A stretch of DNA of 63,444 bases, the filler included, from Chrysochromulina tobinii (lineage: Eukaryota): NCBI GenBank assembly GCA_001275005.1. It is 13 parts of 13 records of this genome, joined end to end, with 100 filler letters (N's around TTAATTAATTAA, not from the genome) between each part and the next. Parts side by side here need not be neighbours in the genome. Positions count along the whole stretch, not along the records: positions 1 to 8,667 come from JWZX01000043.1; positions 8,768 to 13,501 come from JWZX01000044.1; 11 more parts are not named here. One strand, given 5' to 3'. The position numbers and the translations under genes are program-made. Within the stretch, counting starts at the first letter, position 1; each line of letters starts with the position of its first letter. A model generated the notes under the pieces. That model was not told where the DNA came from. It ran no database searches and worked only from the letters and a program-made list of their open reading frames with translations. Positions 1 through 10,590 of the stretch are shown here, piece after piece.

Positions 1-1679
1 GGGGAGGGGGGGGGAGGCGGGGGGGGCGGCGGCGTCGAAGGGCAGCCCGAGTTGATCGTCAGCGCACCGGTCATCCATTGTGTGCCGGACCACCAGACCC
101 AGGTCGGCACTTCATTCGGGCAAGACACAGATGTCGTCACGGACACGATCGACGACCAGAGCGTCCCAGGCGCCGGGCCAACTTGCCAGCGGCCGCCTGC
201 GACGTTCATGTACCACATGTAAGAGTCGTCCGAGTGCTTGTACAACGAGCGTCCGTTGTAACTCCTTCCGGCCTGCAGAGTAAATGCGCCCACGTGCGTG
301 CCTTGCACGCGCAACGCTTCCCCCGAGGCCGCCACGATCATTGTCGAACATGCGCACGCCACCAGCGGGGGGGGAGGCGAGGCCGGAGGAGAGGGCGGCG
401 GCACCAACCCGCATCGAGGGCCGCAGTCCTGGCAGTCTGTGCCGTAGCCGCAGTAGGAGTACTCCGCGCCTACGCCGCCGTCGTCGCACATGCCGTCCGA
501 ATGAAGGAAGTTGGTCTCCGCTGGCACCTGCGTGCCGGGAGTGCGGCAGGTGTCGCTACACAGGCACTCCTGGCCTGGAAAATTAGGGGGCGGCGGTGGC
601 GGCGGCGGGCATGTCGAGGTCATCGATCCCGCGTCCCACACCCACGCATTCGCAGTGGACGAGTAATACCGCCAGTGCAGTGCCCCCCCCGGGCACGCGG
701 CGGTCGTCTGCTCCGACGTCAGCGCTGCCCAGTCGCCCGTGCCGTCGTACGCACTGCTAAAGAAGGAAGGTCCGATCGTCCAGTCGAAGGCACGGGTCGA
801 GTAATACAAATATAAAGGATCGGCCGCAGTGGTCGTGTTCAGCTTGTAGACGTTGCGCGAGCCGGACACCAGCCCAGGTTGTTTTACATATGTGCCGACT
901 AAGCCAGGTTGCGTGGCGAGTGCATTGCCCGTCAGAATAAGCTGGAAGGCGTCACACGGGCATGGCGCTGACAGCGGCGGGGGCGGCGCTCGCGGCGGGC
1001 GCGGTGGTGGCATCGCGCCGCAGCGCGGACCGCAGTCTTGGCAGTCGGTGCCGTACGGACAGTCGGCCCACTCGGAGCCAGGCCCGCCATCGTCGCACAC
1101 GCCGTCCGAGCTCTGCAGATCCAGCCCCGTGCCGGGCAGACGGCAGTTGTTGAAGCACGTGCAGCCCGGGGAGAGTGGTGGCGAGGGCGGCCTGGGCGGT
1201 CGGGATGGGGGCGGTGGAGGGGATGGAGACGGGGGGCTCGGGGGCATATAGGCTCGGCATACGTATTTGCGCGTGTACGCCTCACAGTCGATGTCGTTCC
1301 ACCTGTGGTTGTTCGCATAGTGCCCATTGTCTGTTCCCCACATCTCCCCGCAGTCAGCAACCCCTCCGTCATCATTGGGCTCGCCGGTCTCCCAAAACGT
1401 GAACCCGGCTGGGCGACCGTTGGCCCACACCCAGGTGCCTTCGTTTTCGCGGTCGTTGATGCCGATCCAGAACGAGCCGATATCGTTCCTGATACCATAT
1501 GTGAGTATGTTGTTCTCCTCCTGGCTGTCGATCCAAGCGAGATCCTGGCCGTGAAATATGCAATCAGCACGAGCCTGGGTCCACGTGCGCGGCGTGTTGT
1601 AGATATAAAATGGGCCGAAATTTGCGTAGGCTCCGGGCGGCGGTGGCGGTGGGGGGAAAGGCCTTGTTGGTGAAGTCAT
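1..1679 (-). CDS. C-type lectin domain protein with Pro-rich linkers and two Cys-rich CDDGG...CxYGTDCxDCGPR modules (3' partial)
   Basis: Manual translation of the minus frame from ATG 1679, which runs off the contig start and so is absent from the ORF track: TWTQARADC...LAWIDSQEEN...FWIGINDRENEGTWVW...FWETGEPNDDGGVADC...RWNDIDC, with EPN and WND motifs. Confidence 0.85.
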   Translation of the reverse strand, partial: MTSPTRPFPPPPPPPGAYANFGPFYIYNTPRTWTQARADCIFHGQDLAWIDSQEENNILTYGIRNDIGSFWIGINDRENEGTWVWANGRPAGFTFWETGEPNDDGGVADCGEMWGTDNGHYANNHRWNDIDCEAYTRKYVCRAYMPPSPPSPSPPPPPSRPPRPPSPPLSPGCTCFNNCRLPGTGLDLQSSDGVCDDGGPGSEWADCPYGTDCQDCGPRCGAMPPPRPPRAPPPPLSAPCPCDAFQLILTGNALATQPGLVGTYVKQPGLVSGSRNVYKLNTTTAADPLYLYYSTRAFDWTIGPSFFSSAYDGTGDWAALTSEQTTAACPGGALHWRYYSSTANAWVWDAGSMTSTCPPPPPPPPNFPGQECLCSDTCRTPGTQVPAETNFLHSDGMCDDGGVGAEYSYCGYGTDCQDCGPRCGLVPPPSPPASPPPPLVACACSTMIVAASGEALRVQGTHVGAFTLQAGRSYNGRSLYKHSDDSYMWYMNVAGGRWQVGPAPGTLWSSIVSVTTSVSCPNEVPTWVWWSGTQWMTGALTINSGCPSTPPPPPPPPPS

Positions 1680-2013
1680 CCCTCAGGGTGATCGTCGCGC
1701 AAGGACGGTACCGGTAAACTTGCAAGGCAACACGTACCGGTAAACTTAGCGTCGGTGGGACCGACGCAAGTGTATTGCACACCTTAGATGCGCCATCGAT
1801 CTTGGCAGCTCTGGGTCCAAAATCGCGCAGTACGCCAGCGCTCTATGAATACGACTACATGGACATGTGCAGCCGACACACCACATATGATGGCAGCATG
1901 CGCTTGGTGGCCGAGGAGTGGCTGTGTGTATTCTGTGTCTGCTCGCAGCGCTCCGCTCGCCGCTCATCAGTGGGGATGCATCGGCGCAGCGCGACGCCCT
2001 TTCAGCCTGTCAC

Positions 2014-3072
2014 CTACTCCAGCTTCTCCCTCGTCGGTGGCGTCGACGAGACCGACGGCATGTCGCTCAGGGCGGCGCTCGCCTTCGAGGCGACGGCGTC
2101 CTGCTGGGCGCGCGCGGCCGCGCGCGCCGCGCTCTTGCGCGCGAAGACCGTGAACGCCGTCGCCAGAGTCACGACTGCGAGCACAGGCCACGCCCACTCG
2201 GGCCAGCCAGCAATCCTATCCTCGGGCGCCACGATGGGAGTGGTGCGTCGGGCGATCTGCACGAATGCGGCCATGATGGCCCAGACCACGTACTTGTTGA
2301 GCTCGAGCCCGACGCGCAGCAGCGCCACGCACGCCGCAAGCGCCGGGAACATGGCCATCGCCTGCAGCCCGCCCGCCTGCCAGATTTCGATCTGGGCAGC
2401 CGAGGCGCCGATGCTCAGCTGGTACGCGTAAAAGATGACTGTCTTCCTATGGGAGACGAGGTTCTTGCGGCGCAGCGTGAGGGTGAAGGCGTACGTCTGG
2501 ATGATGAACACTATCGCAAACTGCCCCGCGAACGCACGCAGGCCCACCAGGCAGCCGCACGTACCGAGAAACTGCATGTACGAGAACGCAAACTTGGTGA
2601 ACGCGTTCGCCTGCAGACCGCGGATGGTGTTCGAACGCGAGATTGGGTCGACCGAATTGGAGGCAATGTCGGCGGCGATGAGCGTCGCGAAGACGATCAC
2701 CACGTTCGCCCAGTAGCGCGGCGGGCCCTCAGGGTCGAAGCGCCGCTCGAGCCACACGAGCAGCATGCACGCGAGCGAGCGGCAGGCGAAGACGATCGAG
2801 TGCAGCCGGAACTCGGGCCAGATGCGGCTCCCCTCCTTGATCCGTACCTTGGGTATATGGAAGACGAGCGACGAGCACGAGAGGCACAGGTGCATGGCGA
2901 GCAGCGCAGGCGTCTCTGGCCCGGACGTAAAGAACATGTCGGAAAACGGACGGTACGGCAGCGAGAGCGTGCGCCCCACAAAGTGCAGCAGGCACGGGAA
3001 TCCGAGCAGCTTGTGTACGTTGAACGGGTCCTCATGGGTGAAGAGCCCGCGCTTCCAGCGCGCAACCTCCAT
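2014..3072 (-). CDS. Multi-pass membrane protein of unknown function
   Basis: Part of a 379-aa ORF with several hydrophobic segments (HEDPFNVHKLLG, IWPEFRLHSIVFACRS). The likely start is MEVARW at 3072. Confidence 0.7.
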   Translation of the reverse strand: MEVARWKRGLFTHEDPFNVHKLLGFPCLLHFVGRTLSLPYRPFSDMFFTSGPETPALLAMHLCLSCSSLVFHIPKVRIKEGSRIWPEFRLHSIVFACRSLACMLLVWLERRFDPEGPPRYWANVVIVFATLIAADIASNSVDPISRSNTIRGLQANAFTKFAFSYMQFLGTCGCLVGLRAFAGQFAIVFIIQTYAFTLTLRRKNLVSHRKTVIFYAYQLSIGASAAQIEIWQAGGLQAMAMFPALAACVALLRVGLELNKYVVWAIMAAFVQIARRTTPIVAPEDRIAGWPEWAWPVLAVVTLATAFTVFARKSAARAAARAQQDAVASKASAALSDMPSVSSTPPTREKLE

Positions 3073-3469
3073 ACGCGCCGCAGACAGGGGACGTCGGAGG
3101 TGCAATCTTCGTGGGAGCCGTATGAATATGAAATGAGATCTCAGCCTCATCACGGATTTGTGTGAAGATCAAAGCACCGGTTCACCGGGGGGAGCCGGAC
3201 ACACGAGACAGACACACGAACCCCACAAGCCACCTCAAAAAACCAACCCAACCACCGACTCACGCGCCAGACCACACCCAAACCCCGGAACGCACGCGTT
3301 GCTACAAACCACCGCACACCACTAACAAGTATCGGTGACTGTTGAAATTCGTTCCCTCGTTCCCCACTTGCATGCATGCCCTCTTTAAGAAAGGCTCTCT
3401 CACATCTTCGAGGCCAACCCTTTTTAGGGCTGATTTTTTTCCAAGGCGACAAGGGGCGTGCTCTTCGCC

Positions 3470-4933
3470 ATGGGGCTCCTCGTCCCGAAAGGGGAAGATC
3501 CGGAGGAGAAGAGTAAAAAGCTGGATCCGCCGGGCCCGATCCGGCTCGCGCTCAAGATCTGGGTCCTCGAAAAGCCCGTCTTGACCTGTCTGCACATCTT
3601 CCTTCCGTTTGCGATCTACAACATGCATGTCATGAATGACAATGATGCAAAGAGCGAGGCGATCACGTTCTTGACTTGCCTGCTCGCAGTAGTGCCACTC
3701 GCGGAGCGCCTCGGGTACGCGACCGAGCAGGTGAGTGGCCACACGGGCGAGGTCGCGGGAGGTCTGCTCAATGCCTCGTTTGGCAATGTTCCGGAGCTTG
3801 TGGTGACCATAATTGCGATCAAGTCGGGCCTGGAGCTGATCGCCATCCAGATGCTCCTCGGCAGCTTGATCTCATGTCTGCTGCTGGTGACCGGCCTATC
3901 CGTCTTCTTCGGCGGCCTCAAGCACAAAGTCCAGACCTTCAACACAGCCAACTCATCCACGCTGATCAGCATGATTCTTATCATTGCCACCTTCTCGGGA
4001 TTGATCACGATGGCGGAGATGCACGGCACGGGGGTCGACACGCTGGAGCAGCACAAGATCCCAGGGGCGCTCGCCGCGTCGCGCGCGCTCGCAGTCGTGG
4101 GCATGGTCGTCTACATCATGTACCTCGTGTACTCGCTGGTGACACACAAGGAAATGTTTGACGAAAAGGGAGAAAAGGAGGACGGCGAGGACGATGACGA
4201 CGATGACGAGCCCGAGCTGTCGGCGTTGGCGGCGATTTGCATGATGGCAGCGCTCGTCGCTCTCATCTCATACCTGTCTGACGGCCTCGTCTCCGCCATT
4301 GACGGCGCGGCTGAGCACAGTGGCATCCCGCCGCTGATCCTATGCACGTTGATCATTCCGAACGTGAACAACGCGCCCGAGCACGCCGTCGCCATCCTGA
4401 TGGCGTGGAACGGGCAGCTGGATGCGTCGATCGGGATCTCTGTTGGCTCTGCCGCGCAGCTCGCCATCTTCCTCGTCCCGTTTGCCATCCTCGCTGACTG
4501 GGTCGCGGGCGGTTACATCGGCTTTGGCATGGAGCCCATCCTGGCCGCCGGGCTCGCGATCAGCGCCCTGTTCGCAGCGATCTTGCTCTCGTCGGGCAAA
4601 TGCACGTGGATGCACGGCGTACTGCTCATCACGGCGTATGCCGCTATCATCGGCGCCTTTTGGCTGTCGGCGAGCATCGGCCAGAAAGAGGCCTTCTCGG
4701 ACAGCACCGTCGCGTGGGTCATTGACCTCCTCAAGAGCGCGACGACCAGTGTTCGCAACAAGGCGAGCCAGGAGGCCTTACTTGCTGCGCATATTCACAA
4801 TGCATCTTCGAAGGCTCACAGCGCCACCGATATCGATGCCCACGATGCCCATTGGGTCCAGTCTGCCATGTTCATCCCCGGCACAATCCACGCGGCACTG
4901 CGTGCCCAACACGCTATGCAAGCGACATCGTAG
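3470..4933 (+). CDS. CAX: Ca2+/H+ antiporter (CaCA superfamily, CAX type)
   Basis: Alpha-1 repeat GGLLNASFGNVPEL, central acidic loop EKEDGEDDDDDDEPELS, alpha-2 repeat PNVNNAPEH, SVGSAAQLAIF, about 10-11 TM segments. Confidence 0.92.
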   Translation: MGLLVPKGEDPEEKSKKLDPPGPIRLALKIWVLEKPVLTCLHIFLPFAIYNMHVMNDNDAKSEAITFLTCLLAVVPLAERLGYATEQVSGHTGEVAGGLLNASFGNVPELVVTIIAIKSGLELIAIQMLLGSLISCLLLVTGLSVFFGGLKHKVQTFNTANSSTLISMILIIATFSGLITMAEMHGTGVDTLEQHKIPGALAASRALAVVGMVVYIMYLVYSLVTHKEMFDEKGEKEDGEDDDDDDEPELSALAAICMMAALVALISYLSDGLVSAIDGAAEHSGIPPLILCTLIIPNVNNAPEHAVAILMAWNGQLDASIGISVGSAAQLAIFLVPFAILADWVAGGYIGFGMEPILAAGLAISALFAAILLSSGKCTWMHGVLLITAYAAIIGAFWLSASIGQKEAFSDSTVAWVIDLLKSATTSVRNKASQEALLAAHIHNASSKAHSATDIDAHDAHWVQSAMFIPGTIHAALRAQHAMQATS

Positions 4934-5490
4934 CGGTGGCAGCCGGCAGGGGCAGCACGGCAGGGGGCGTCACGGCAGGGGGCGAAAGGGCATACGGCAG
5001 CAGCATAGGAAGGCTGCGCGTCGGTGAGTGAGTGAGCTGAGGGGGCACACATGAAGCGTTGAGTGAGTGAGACGGGCGAGACACGAGGGGCGAGACACGA
5101 GCGACTAACGAGGACGAGTTCATGAGACTCTGCACAGGGATACTAGCAAGGGCAGTGGGGGGGGGGTCTACGTGAAGCGCTGAGTGACGGAGGCGAGCTC
5201 AATGAGCACTAGAGGCCACCTCAGAGGCATGGCCGAGGTGCAGCATACCACTGTGGTACAGCAAGCCGAGCAGGGTCAGGGAGCCGCGCTCCTGCGTGTA
5301 TCAAGAGCTATGAGGAGATTTTACATAGTGCGTTGAGACGTCTTGATCATGTTATTACGGTCAGATCGCTCGCATCCATGCTCGCGTCATCCTCATCGGG
5401 CGACTAAAGTTGATAGTAGATTATTGACCACGTTGCTCGCGATTCTGCCTACGCTCCTAAAACATATAAGCTGCTCACACCTCACCACCC

Positions 5491-7966
5491 TCACGCCTCA
5501 GCCTCACACGCCGCCGTCTCCGCCAGCAGCTGCTCCTGCCTTGCTCGCACGCGCAGGCAGACAAGCGCATCGAGAGCGGCGTACTCGAGCTGTGCAGCGC
5601 TGAGCGGCCGGCGGCTCCAATCGCTGCACTGCTCTTCTTTGCCGAGTGTGAAGCCCAGGAAGGCCTCGCAGGTCGTCCGAAGCGAGGGATACTGCCCTGC
5701 CGAGCCAACGCCAAAGGCCACCGCCGTAGGCTGCACGTCGAGCACGCGCCTGCGGATGGCTTTGGCTCTTCCGCTGCCGATGCTCTCAGTCAGCTTTGCC
5801 GTCGCCGCCGCCGCCGCGGTGTCGGCGTACTCGAGGCGTCTGGCGAGGATCTCTGCGTCGCCTGCAAAGGCAAAGCCGACCAGCTGCGGCACGGGCGCAC
5901 CCGGGGCGGCTGCCGGTGCGGTGCTCGCTGCTGCGGCGCTCTCCACCGTCGCGGTCCCGCCACTCTGCGCAGCGATCAGGTCCTTCACGTCCACGGACGG
6001 ATCGACAAGAGAGGGATCGACAAGAGAGGGATCGACGAGAGAGCTGCCCGGAATTGCCGTCGCGCGACCCTCGAGGAGCCAGCATAGCAACTCGCCAAGT
6101 GCCCCCTCGTACTCCGGATCGTCGGCACGCGGCAGTGCGTCGACCACAAAAGCTCGGGTAGCCGGTGTGCTTGCGGCCGCCGGCGTACTTCCCGTGCCCG
6201 CCGTGGTTGCTGTCGCTGTCGGCACGCACAGCGCGCCATCTTCGGCGTCTACTGCGAGCTGGAGCGTGGCGAGCATGCTCGACTTTAGGAAGTCGTTCCG
6301 CCCTCGCATCGCCACCTCCGCCGCCGCCGCCACCTCCGCCGCCTCCGCCTCCGCCTCCGCCTCCGCCACCTCCGCCTCCGCCGCCGCCACCTCCGCTACC
6401 GCCGCCGTCGTGAGCATGCCGCTCCGAGCCGTCGTCCACTCAGTGTCGATGCCCACATACCGAGCCCCGCGCAGTGCGGCACTGACTTGGCGCAGCCCCC
6501 AGGCCGTGTCGACCCACACGAGAACCTCGTTCGGCCGTAGCGCCAACCGCGGAAGCTCGACCGCCCCAAGCCCGCCATCAAGCTCGTGGTCGCCCACTGC
6601 AGCACCGGCCCACGCCAGTCGAACGCTCGGAACGACGCGCGCCGGTAACCGGTGACGGTCCGCAGCCGCGGCGGACGCGCCGAGCTGGCGCAGCGGCGAG
6701 CTGATGAGCCGGAGCAGCCGACCGCGCAGCAGGCCGATGCGCTTGGCCAAATCGGCCTCGCTTGCACCTGATGAGGGAGGCAATCAGCATGCAATCAGCA
6801 TGCAATCAGCATGCAATCAGCATGGCCAAATCGGGCTCGCTTGCACCTCCGCTGTCGGCGCCCCCGGCGGCAGGTGTCGGCGGCCTCTCCGCAGCTGAGA
6901 GCAATAGCTGAGTATTCAACGCAGCCCCGCTCATGACGACACTTCGTGTGAGCCTCTCCGCGGCCGCACTCAGCCAGGAGCCTTGAATGCTGCGCAACGT
7001 CGCCACCGCCGCGTCCGCCGCGTCCGCAACAGCCTCCGTCGATGGCGGCGGATCCTTGGCGGCATCGATAAGGAGCAGACGTAGAGGCGTGAGCGCGTCA
7101 TCCATGGCCGCGCCCATCGCCGCCTCGGCCGCGGCGGCGTCCTCGTGGGCGTCCTCCGCTGCCGCTGCTAAACGAGCGGCCGCTGCTGCCGCTGCGTCGG
7201 CCGTCTGCGGCTCCTCGTCAGAAGGCGCGCCCGTCGCCGAAGACGTCAGGCGGGTCGCCGCCGTGGAGCGCAACGCGTCCTGCGCGGCATTGCGCCGCTT
7301 GATGCGCCCGGTGCGCGACTGCTTCGTTGTGGGATTGACGCTCAACCTCGTCACCTCGTCTGAATCCGTGAGCGGCCGGCCAAGCGACATTTCCGCGAAG
7401 CGCGGGTCCAGGTCGCCATAGACCTCGCCATCGCTGTGTGTCTTGCGGAAGTTGATGTACTCGAGCGGCTCGCGGCTCTCGGCGGCCTCGATGGCCGCAA
7501 TCGTCGATTCATTGCAGTGGCTGTAGGCCAGTGAGAGTACGCTCTGTCCCTTATTATTGACAATCTTGACGCGTGCGCCGCGCTCGAGCAGCAGCATGAC
7601 GACGTCGTCGCGGCCTCGTGTGATCGCGTAAAAGATGGCAGACTTTCCAAAGTTGTGCGTGCCTGTGCTGTACGCATTTAGATCGATGCCGAGGTCGATG
7701 AGCGCCGCGACGTTACCGCGGTGGCCTCTCCACGCGGCGTGGTGCAACGCAGTTTTGCCGGAGGAGTCACGCGCCGCCTCCACGTCCATCGCACGCCAGC
7801 CCGCAAGGGTTGTCACGAAGGCGCGATTGTCGTTGCCGGCGGCAAGACGACGCAGCGAACCTCCTGATACTTGAATGGCAGACGTGATCGAGACGGCCGT
7901 TACGAGCACCGTGACGACGCGCCGGCTGTCGCGCACGTATGAGGGTGTGACGAGGACTGTCACCAT
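5491..7966 (-). CDS. Ankyrin-repeat plus DEDDy 3'-5' exonuclease (MUT-7/EXD/WRN-exo-like) fusion, 2 exons (7966-6847, 6767-5491)
   Basis: Ankyrin motifs GKTALHHAAWRGH and GKSAIFYAITRGR. Exonuclease motifs VGIDTEW, VGFAFAGD and EQCSDWSRRPLSAAQLEYAALDA. Removing the GT-AG intron joins the two ORFs in frame (ADSG/GASEADLAK). Confidence 0.8.
6768..6846 (-). other. 79-nt GT-AG intron of the repeat/duplication type
   Basis: The first 24 nt copy the start of the next exon (23/24 identical), followed by 4 x ATGCTGATTGC and then CTCCCTCATCAG. Confidence 0.88.
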
Positions 7967-8780
7967 TGAAAGGCCAGAACGGCCGTCAACGTGATCCCGC
8001 CGACAGTCCCACCGACAGTAGAGAGAAAGGGACGCACATGTTACGAACGTTCACAAGTCTTCAAGGCCTTTGGCTGTGAACCCGTTCTCATTGAAGAACC
8101 CAGGGTCGTTGCACATCGTGAGAAAAAAAGCCAACGGAGCGGGTTCACACGAGTCACCGCAGTGTCCTGCCGCCGCAGCGCGCGCGATTGCATCCTGCCG
8201 CCGCAGCGCGCGCGACATACGATTGCATCCTTTTCCAAGGGGCTGGCGAGCCCCTTGCCTTTTCGCAACACAGGGCCCAAGGGGGAGAAGTTTGCAGGGT
8301 GTGTGGAGGGAGGCAGAGAGCGAGCGATTCGTGTAACGGTCTCTTCACAGGGGAAGACAAGTACCGGTATCGGTCGCGCCTGTGGGTTTGGATGGTTGTG
8401 AGGTTCGTCTGTGTGGTCCGAGTGCCTTTGTGCGTCCGCGTGTCCCGTGTGTCCCGTTGAATGTCCCGGCTCCCCCGGTGACCACCCAAGACAGCCTGGG
8501 ACGTTCGGTTGTCTTTTCCTAGCACAACCTCTCCGCATCGAGGCGTTTTTGCCGTCCGGACGCAGGCCCCGGGCCGAAAACGCGAAATTACGCGACCGCA
8601 GCGCGCCCGACGTATGCCCCATCGCCATCCTGAGGGGTCTTCTACTTTGAACGACGAGCACGCGATGNNNNNNNNNNNNNNNNNNNNNNNNNNNNNNNNN
8701 NNNNNNNNNNNTTAATTAATTAANNNNNNNNNNNNNNNNNNNNNNNNNNNNNNNNNNNNNNNNNNNNGATAACGCTCGAA

Positions 8781-10301
8781 ATGGAGATCGGCCTTGGACG
8801 GCCTGCGATGACCGACATGCTGACCGAATACGAAGCCGTCCTTTTTGGGTTGCTTGATGATGGCCTATCGGATCTGGACGACTGTAGCCTGGAGTGGCCG
8901 ACGCCAGACAGCACGGCCGCGCTGGCCACGGAGCCGGCCTCAAGTCCTCAACCAGCTTCGCGGGTGGCCGGGCAGTCGGTCGACCTCGCGTCACCGTGGC
9001 CAACCGCCATCGTCCGTCGGCAAGCTAGACCGGCAGGGCATGGCGGTATCGGCTTCGACATGTGCATGCTCAATAGCACTTATCGGCTGATGGGGCCGTG
9101 CCACACGAAGCTGGTGGAGACTCTGTCGTCGTATAACACCGAGGACAAGGAGTCCGACTATGCACATACCATTCGGCACGTGGAGGGGCTAACTGGAGAA
9201 TCGTTCGTCCTTCAGCCGCCAGATGACCCCGCCAATGGCAGCAAGAAGAGGTCGAGGCTACGAGAAAGTGAGCGACGGAGCCCCGACGGTGTGAACATAT
9301 TCCCGTTCCACTTGTCGCAGAACCGGCTGTGCGATGAGCATCGACCGTTGAAGCGCAGGCGGTTGATATTGCCCGCCGCGGCCTCGATCGTGCCCGCCAT
9401 GCCGTGCGCACCGATACCGATCCTGTCCGCCGTGCCACTTGGCTTCGCGTTCGTTGGCGCGCACGGCGGTGGCGGGGTCGGCGGTGGCACCCTCTGCTGC
9501 GGCACGCCCGACGGCGTTGCCCTCGGCCGCGCCACGCCCGTCCACGCATTTGGCGTTGGCGGGGTCGGCGGCGGCACCCTCAGCTTCGGCACGTCCAGCG
9601 GCGATGCCCTCGACAGTGCCACGCCCGCCCGCGCGTTCGGCGGGTGTGGAGGTGCCTTCAGTGGCAGCATGAGAGGCGGCAATGCCCTCAATGGGGAGCA
9701 CAGGGAGCAGAGCGCGCGCTCCATGGAGCAGCCGCGTTCGCTCAAGGAGTGGCTCGAGGGCATCAAGCCCGGGTACGCGTCGCGCTTCGCCGTGGCCTTC
9801 GAGGCGGCGGGCATCGAGGACTCGGACGACCTGGAGCACATGGACCTCGGCATCTACCGTGTGGTCGAGGCGGCGCTCACTCAGAAGTGCGATGCGAAGC
9901 CGATGCACCTCAAGAAGATTCGGCTCGCGATCGAGCTTTTGTGCGGCTGCGGGCTCGAAGTGCCCCACACGAAGCAGCCTACAGAGGCCAGCGCTCTCGC
10001 ACCGAGCGCGCCTAATCATACCCCAGCCAAGAGGGACGCCAAGGAGCCAGCAGTTTGCTTGCGTGTTGTTTGCCTCAGTGGACACGAAATGGCCTACCAA
10101 GTCTTCAAGCCGACCATGAATGAGAGGCATCTCAACTGTGACGGCGAGGGTTGCGACGCAAAGATCGCGAGTGGGAAATATGGGTGGACCTGCCACACAT
10201 GTCATGATTTCGACCTGTGTGACGCGTGTGCAGACCCCAGCGGTCGCGGTCGCCGCAGCTGGTCTCGACGCTCCAGCAACCGGCCGCAGTCGCCCAGGTA
10301 G
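8781..10301 (+). CDS. Hypothetical protein with a SAM-like domain and a C-terminal ZZ-like zinc finger
   Basis: 506-aa ORF. SLKEWLEGIKPGYASRFAVAFEAAGIE...HLKKIRLAI is SAM-like. CDGEGC...WTCHTCHDFDLCDAC is ZZ-like. Confidence 0.55.
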   Translation: MEIGLGRPAMTDMLTEYEAVLFGLLDDGLSDLDDCSLEWPTPDSTAALATEPASSPQPASRVAGQSVDLASPWPTAIVRRQARPAGHGGIGFDMCMLNSTYRLMGPCHTKLVETLSSYNTEDKESDYAHTIRHVEGLTGESFVLQPPDDPANGSKKRSRLRESERRSPDGVNIFPFHLSQNRLCDEHRPLKRRRLILPAAASIVPAMPCAPIPILSAVPLGFAFVGAHGGGGVGGGTLCCGTPDGVALGRATPVHAFGVGGVGGGTLSFGTSSGDALDSATPARAFGGCGGAFSGSMRGGNALNGEHREQSARSMEQPRSLKEWLEGIKPGYASRFAVAFEAAGIEDSDDLEHMDLGIYRVVEAALTQKCDAKPMHLKKIRLAIELLCGCGLEVPHTKQPTEASALAPSAPNHTPAKRDAKEPAVCLRVVCLSGHEMAYQVFKPTMNERHLNCDGEGCDAKIASGKYGWTCHTCHDFDLCDACADPSGRGRRSWSRRSSNRPQSPR

Positions 10302-10439
10302 CCTGTCCTGACACGTTTGAGCATAGTCGCGCCCCTGCATAATGTAATCTCGTCGCGTATGCATGCAACATGACGTGTGAGCGCGCTTACGTTACACTTA
10401 CAGTACAAAGTACGCAATAGCCCGTGTGTGAGGTGTCCA

Positions 10440-10590
10440 TCCCAATTCCCATGATTTCAGAATCTGAATATGAAATCATGGCGCATGATTTCTCAGCCCA
10501 TGAAATCATACTTTGGCGTCTGAAATCACATTTTTCATGACAAAGCATGGATATATCCATGATTTCTCACTAAGACCAAATTGCTGATGA
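10440..10590. repeat. AT-rich block with about 6 full or partial CATGATTTC/GAAATCATG motifs in both orientations; probable DNA-transposon end or MITE
   Basis: Motif copies near 10450, 10472, 10485, 10502, 10522 and 10558, with an abrupt drop in GC. Confidence 0.55.

Noticed and set aside
1918..3165. Long overlapping antisense or alternate-frame ORFs (e.g. 1918-3165 +, 12107-13549 +, 23937-25541 -, 27383-28387 -)
   Set aside because: Shadow ORFs expected in high-GC coding DNA. The opposite frame carries the recognisable protein.
6768..6780. CTGATGAG, resembling a hammerhead ribozyme core
   Set aside because: It is the reverse complement of the acceptor CTCATCAG. I see no matching GAAA core or stems.
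7991..8667. Short ORFs in the intergenic region upstream of the ankyrin-exonuclease gene
   Set aside because: No recognisable domain or host-like codon pattern.
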